Shown: in pieces, positions 60,580 through 64,000 of the stretch
Numbering within the stretch: position 1 is the stretch's first letter
Layout of the letters: every line of letters starts with the position of its first letter
Assembly: GCA_963836235.1 (NCBI GenBank)
Contig: CAWIIP010000002.1
Coordinates: 256,001-320,000, forward strand
Direction of reading: 5' to 3'
Origin: an uncultured Pseudomonadota bacterium
Lineage (GTDB): Bacteria > Oederibacteriota > Muellerivitia > Muellerivitales > Muellerivitaceae
DNA: 64,000 nucleotides
Position numbers and translations under genes: made by a program
Notes under the pieces: generated by a model
The model's input: only the letters and a program-made list of their open reading frames with translations
Databases searched by the model: none
Told to the model about the DNA's origin: nothing

Positions 60580-62721
60580 ATGAAAAAGCCAGCCGCAAAT
60601 GGGCGCGAATTTTCGCGGTCAAGGCCAAAAACTTTTTACCCTTCTTCCAAAACTTCCCCCACCCTATTTTCATTTTTTTTGTTTGGCGCTCGTTTGCGCC
60701 TATTCGCGACCGAGATTTTTGTTCTTTTTATTTTCCTCTCTGTAACGCTTCTTTCCGGCTGCGCCTCTACTTCCAACATTAAAACTTCTGCGCCACCGGC
60801 CGACGAAAACTCAGCCTATCTCTCCCAAGCTGCCAGCCAATTCGCGTCCCCCACCGCCCCCAAGGCCCTCAACCTTTTGGACGATGCCCAGGTGGAATGG
60901 CACAACGACAGAAGCATCCGTATCACCGTTCACCAGCTTTGGGCCACAAGGGTGAAACCCGACCATCCCTTCCCCACCATCGCCACGATCAACCAGGATT
61001 CCCAAAACCTGAACGTCGAAACACTGAAGCTCTACCAAATGGACGCTAATGGAAATTTCACGCCGGCCTCCGTCCAACCCCAAATTCAACGAGTCCCGCC
61101 CCAGGAAAACCTTCCTTTGAGCCTTTCCAAGATCACCTCCGTCCGCTTGCCCGAGCTGGAAGCCGATCAGGCCCTGGAATTGAAATACACCTTAGAAAGC
61201 AAGATTTCCGCCCTGCTGGTCGGCAAGGACATCCATAAAGATCCGGAAGACGCGAAAAAGCCCCACCCCGTGCCGCCGGAACCGAGCTTCGCCTTTCGTT
61301 GGAACGACTTCACCCCATCCCTGGAAAAGGACCTCACCCTTAAAATTCCGGGCGGCCTGGAGCTTTTGGGAACCCGCCTGCGCCTTCCCACAAATCTGGC
61401 GGTGGACGAAAGCAAGCCAAACTCCGCCAGGGAAAAAACCGTTCATTTCAGCATAGGGGTTCAAGACCCCGTTCCTTATGAAAGTTTCCAACCCTCCCTG
61501 CAGGACTTGTCTCCCTTAACCGCCTTCACCCTGAACAAAACGTGGGATGAAGCCGTATTCCCCTATCGCAAACGGGTAAAGCAATTTTGGGACGGCGACC
61601 CCAAGCCGGTGGAAGAACTGATCGGCGACGCGGGAAGCAACACCGCCGAGGCTTTAGCTGACCGCATCGCTGAGGTGAAGAAGGCCATCAACGAAAAAGT
61701 AGATTGGGTGGACACCGGCCTTCCTATTTACCTGAACCCCGACCGTTTGCTCCCCGAGGTGATTGAAAGCGCCAAAGGCACTTCCCATGACATGGCCATA
61801 CTCCTGATGGTCGCTCTCAAGTCGCTCAAGATGACCCCCCAGATTTATCTTTATCGCCAGGCCACCAGCGGGGAGCTTTTGACTGACCTACCCGCCCTTT
61901 CCCAATTCGACGGGATCCTAATCGGCGTTCCATCAGGAAAAGATTATATTTGGATTGACCCCACCGAATCCCTGGCCGCACCCGGAGTTTTGCCCCTGGT
62001 GGCCCTGGACCGCAAGGCCCTGGGAGTTCTCATGCCCTTGAGCTGGAAGCTGACCCCGCCCTTCGGCGCCAAAGACCACCGCCGCCATCGGGACATTAAA
62101 ATGGATTTCGATGCCCAGGGAAATCTCACTTGTTCCGTGGATGTCCTGGCTTATGGGTCCTCTGAACTGGCCTTGCGCCAGTTCTTCCGGATCACCACCG
62201 ACGACAAGAGGCGGGACATCGTCTATCGGGGCCTCTTGAAGCGTTTCCCCGGCGTGACATTGACCGATTACCGTTTCGGCGACTACCGGGATATTTCCAA
62301 ACCCCTTGACGTCCATTTCACTTTCCAAATCCCCAATTACGCCAAGTTCAAAAATGATGGAAGCTTTATCTTTTATCCGATTGTGTTTGAGGACGTGGAG
62401 GATTTTTTCGCCACCCTTCGCAATTCCCGTCAGACCCCGGTTCTGGTCCCCCAAAACTTCAATTCGGAAACCCAGGCCATCGTTACCTTGCCCCACGGTT
62501 ACAAGCCGGGCGACCTTCCCAAGGAAGTTTCCTTCGCCAACGCGGTGGCGGAGTTTTCCGCCAGCGCCAAGGTGGATTTCGGCACCCTAAGTTACGAGCG
62601 TGACTTGGGCTTGAAGCAAAGGTCCATTTCCCTCGGCAAGGAATACCAGGACTTGATGGCCGTTTACCAGACCGTCCTCACCCAGGACCGCACGCCTTTT
62701 ACGGCCGTTCGAGGGCAATAA
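60580..62721 (+). CDS. DUF3857/transglutaminase-like lipoprotein
   Basis: Lipobox LLSGC; G...D.A.LL...L, F.....V......W.DPT pattern; true start uncertain. Confidence 0.7.
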   Translation: MKKPAANGREFSRSRPKTFYPSSKTSPTLFSFFLFGARLRLFATEIFVLFIFLSVTLLSGCASTSNIKTSAPPADENSAYLSQAASQFASPTAPKALNLLDDAQVEWHNDRSIRITVHQLWATRVKPDHPFPTIATINQDSQNLNVETLKLYQMDANGNFTPASVQPQIQRVPPQENLPLSLSKITSVRLPELEADQALELKYTLESKISALLVGKDIHKDPEDAKKPHPVPPEPSFAFRWNDFTPSLEKDLTLKIPGGLELLGTRLRLPTNLAVDESKPNSAREKTVHFSIGVQDPVPYESFQPSLQDLSPLTAFTLNKTWDEAVFPYRKRVKQFWDGDPKPVEELIGDAGSNTAEALADRIAEVKKAINEKVDWVDTGLPIYLNPDRLLPEVIESAKGTSHDMAILLMVALKSLKMTPQIYLYRQATSGELLTDLPALSQFDGILIGVPSGKDYIWIDPTESLAAPGVLPLVALDRKALGVLMPLSWKLTPPFGAKDHRRHRDIKMDFDAQGNLTCSVDVLAYGSSELALRQFFRITTDDKRRDIVYRGLLKRFPGVTLTDYRFGDYRDISKPLDVHFTFQIPNYAKFKNDGSFIFYPIVFEDVEDFFATLRNSRQTPVLVPQNFNSETQAIVTLPHGYKPGDLPKEVSFANAVAEFSASAKVDFGTLSYERDLGLKQRSISLGKEYQDLMAVYQTVLTQDRTPFTAVRGQ
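60592..60710. repeat. Degenerate miniature inverted-repeat element overlapping the 5' part of the next ORF
   Basis: GCCGCAAATGGGCGCGAAT ... GTTTGCGCCTATTCGCGAC imperfect inverted arms. Confidence 0.55.
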
Positions 62722-62787
62722 ATCCCACAAACACGCCTTTTGAATCGGGTTATAATCCTTCGTCCGATACCCCCGAGGAGGCAATCC

Positions 62788-63423
62788 ATGCGGCGTTTGA
62801 CCGGCTTCATATTGGTCCTTCTTCTCTGTGGCGGCTGTGCCAGCCTCAATTACTACTCCAAACTAAATCCCGATTGCGTGGGTTTGCAATATCAGCGCAT
62901 TCTCATCCAATTCGTCGATCCCGAACCGGGTTACGCCCAGTTCGGGGAGAATGTCGCCAAGGATGAAATCGAGAAACAATACGGCACTACCCTCCAGTGT
63001 TACCCCATTTCAGACCTCCTCTACGCGGGTCTTCAGACCCGGGCCGAGATCGAAACTGAAGTCCGAAAAATAATCCAGGATAAAAAGATCGATGCGCTAT
63101 TGAGATGCGTTAGCGGACAGGCAGTCAAAAAGCAGACCAATGTCATCTATAACCCGGCGACAGGTACGACTTACGCGAATAACGACCAAAAGAATGCCGG
63201 TTATCGGATGGAGTTGTTCGACATCAGGACTAATAAGTCGGTTTGGTACTCTACTGCCCATGCCGAAGCCAATAGTTTTTTCAATTCTTTCCAGGGAATG
63301 ATGAAAGGGTTCATCCAAAAATCAGTGACCGATATGAAGGAAAACAACATTCTGGGCCCGGACAACCGACCCGATGCCTTGCCACTTCCCACCGAACCAC
63401 AAAAAACCAAAGAGGAAATTTAG
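62788..63423 (+). CDS. Hypothetical lipoprotein
   Basis: GAGGAGG RBS, MRR-hydrophobic-GGC lipobox. Confidence 0.75.
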   Translation: MRRLTGFILVLLLCGGCASLNYYSKLNPDCVGLQYQRILIQFVDPEPGYAQFGENVAKDEIEKQYGTTLQCYPISDLLYAGLQTRAEIETEVRKIIQDKKIDALLRCVSGQAVKKQTNVIYNPATGTTYANNDQKNAGYRMELFDIRTNKSVWYSTAHAEANSFFNSFQGMMKGFIQKSVTDMKENNILGPDNRPDALPLPTEPQKTKEEI

Positions 63424-63555
63424 GTTCGTCTTGTTATTGTTCTAAAAGGCCAACGATAATCTACTGGACCGCTAAGGGCTCCCAGACACAAAGGTGAATA
63501 GGTTGTGGTTCAAAAGGGTTTTTGGCTTTTAATAAAGGTTTTGAGGAGAAATAAA

Positions 63556-64000
63556 ATGGCGCAACTCAACTTGGACGAACTAGGACCTCTCCAAAATCTG
63601 GTGGGGACTTTCAAAGGAAATATCGGTGACGATATCGCCCCCTCGGATGACCGGGGCACCGAGAACAACAAATTCCACGAGGTGATCGTCTTTACCCATA
63701 TCCTTCCCGCCGCCAACCACGAGCAGACGCTTTATGGCCTGCGATACCACCAGCAAGTTTTCCGCCACGGCGAGGAATTCCCCTTCCACGACCAGGTGGG
63801 TTACTGGCACTGGGACCCCAAGGCCAAGCTGGTGATGCAGTCCCTGACTATTCCCCGGGCCATGGCGGTCCTGGCCGGGGGCCACGCGGAACACGATTCC
63901 AAATCGTTTAAATTAAAGGCGGAACTGGGCTCCAAGACCTTCGGGATAGCTTCCAATCCTTTCTTGGATAAGGAATTCGAGACTGTCGAATATGAAATCC
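63556..64000 (+). CDS. Nitrobindin/FABP-like heme-binding beta-barrel protein (partial)
   Basis: Manual translation MAQLNLDELGPLQNLVGTFKG..G.D.AP...NHEQTLYGLRY...FHDQVGYW.W...LTIPR..AVLAGG...GIASNPFL; runs off the window. Confidence 0.8.
   Translation, partial: MAQLNLDELGPLQNLVGTFKGNIGDDIAPSDDRGTENNKFHEVIVFTHILPAANHEQTLYGLRYHQQVFRHGEEFPFHDQVGYWHWDPKAKLVMQSLTIPRAMAVLAGGHAEHDSKSFKLKAELGSKTFGIASNPFLDKEFETVEYEI

Overview
Bacterial chromosomal window with no rRNA, tRNA or CRISPR array detected. It opens with two giant paralogous Thr/Pro-rich secreted proteins. The first (<1..3773) is missing from the ORF track because it runs off the window, and it carries an N-terminal expansin-like module. A divergent secreted/TPR/membrane-protein cluster and a fatty-acid desaturase follow. 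Between the convergent desaturase (+) and rluD (-) genes lies a ~6 kb accessory hot spot with three type II toxin-antitoxin (TA) operons (MazEF-like, HicBA, PIN), a complete IS21 element and two truncated genes. Each TA operon sits directly behind a host-gene stop codon and is followed by a second, allelic copy of that gene's last ~125-190 bp: two extra rluD tails and one extra desaturase tail, differing mostly at synonymous positions. This suggests minimal TA cassettes that stack by replacing gene 3' ends, with no integrase gene in the window. The rest is mostly housekeeping: ileS-lspA-lspA-lgt-rluD, smc-ftsY, glgA, typA, hisG, rlmN-PASTA-rpe. Further oddities are an AT-rich in-frame patch in ileS, a GGDEF protein with a glycogen-binding domain behind glgA, several apparent pseudo-enzymes, three miniature hairpin elements and a cluster of sigmaE-type promoters. 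All family calls come from motif recognition by eye, not from database searches.
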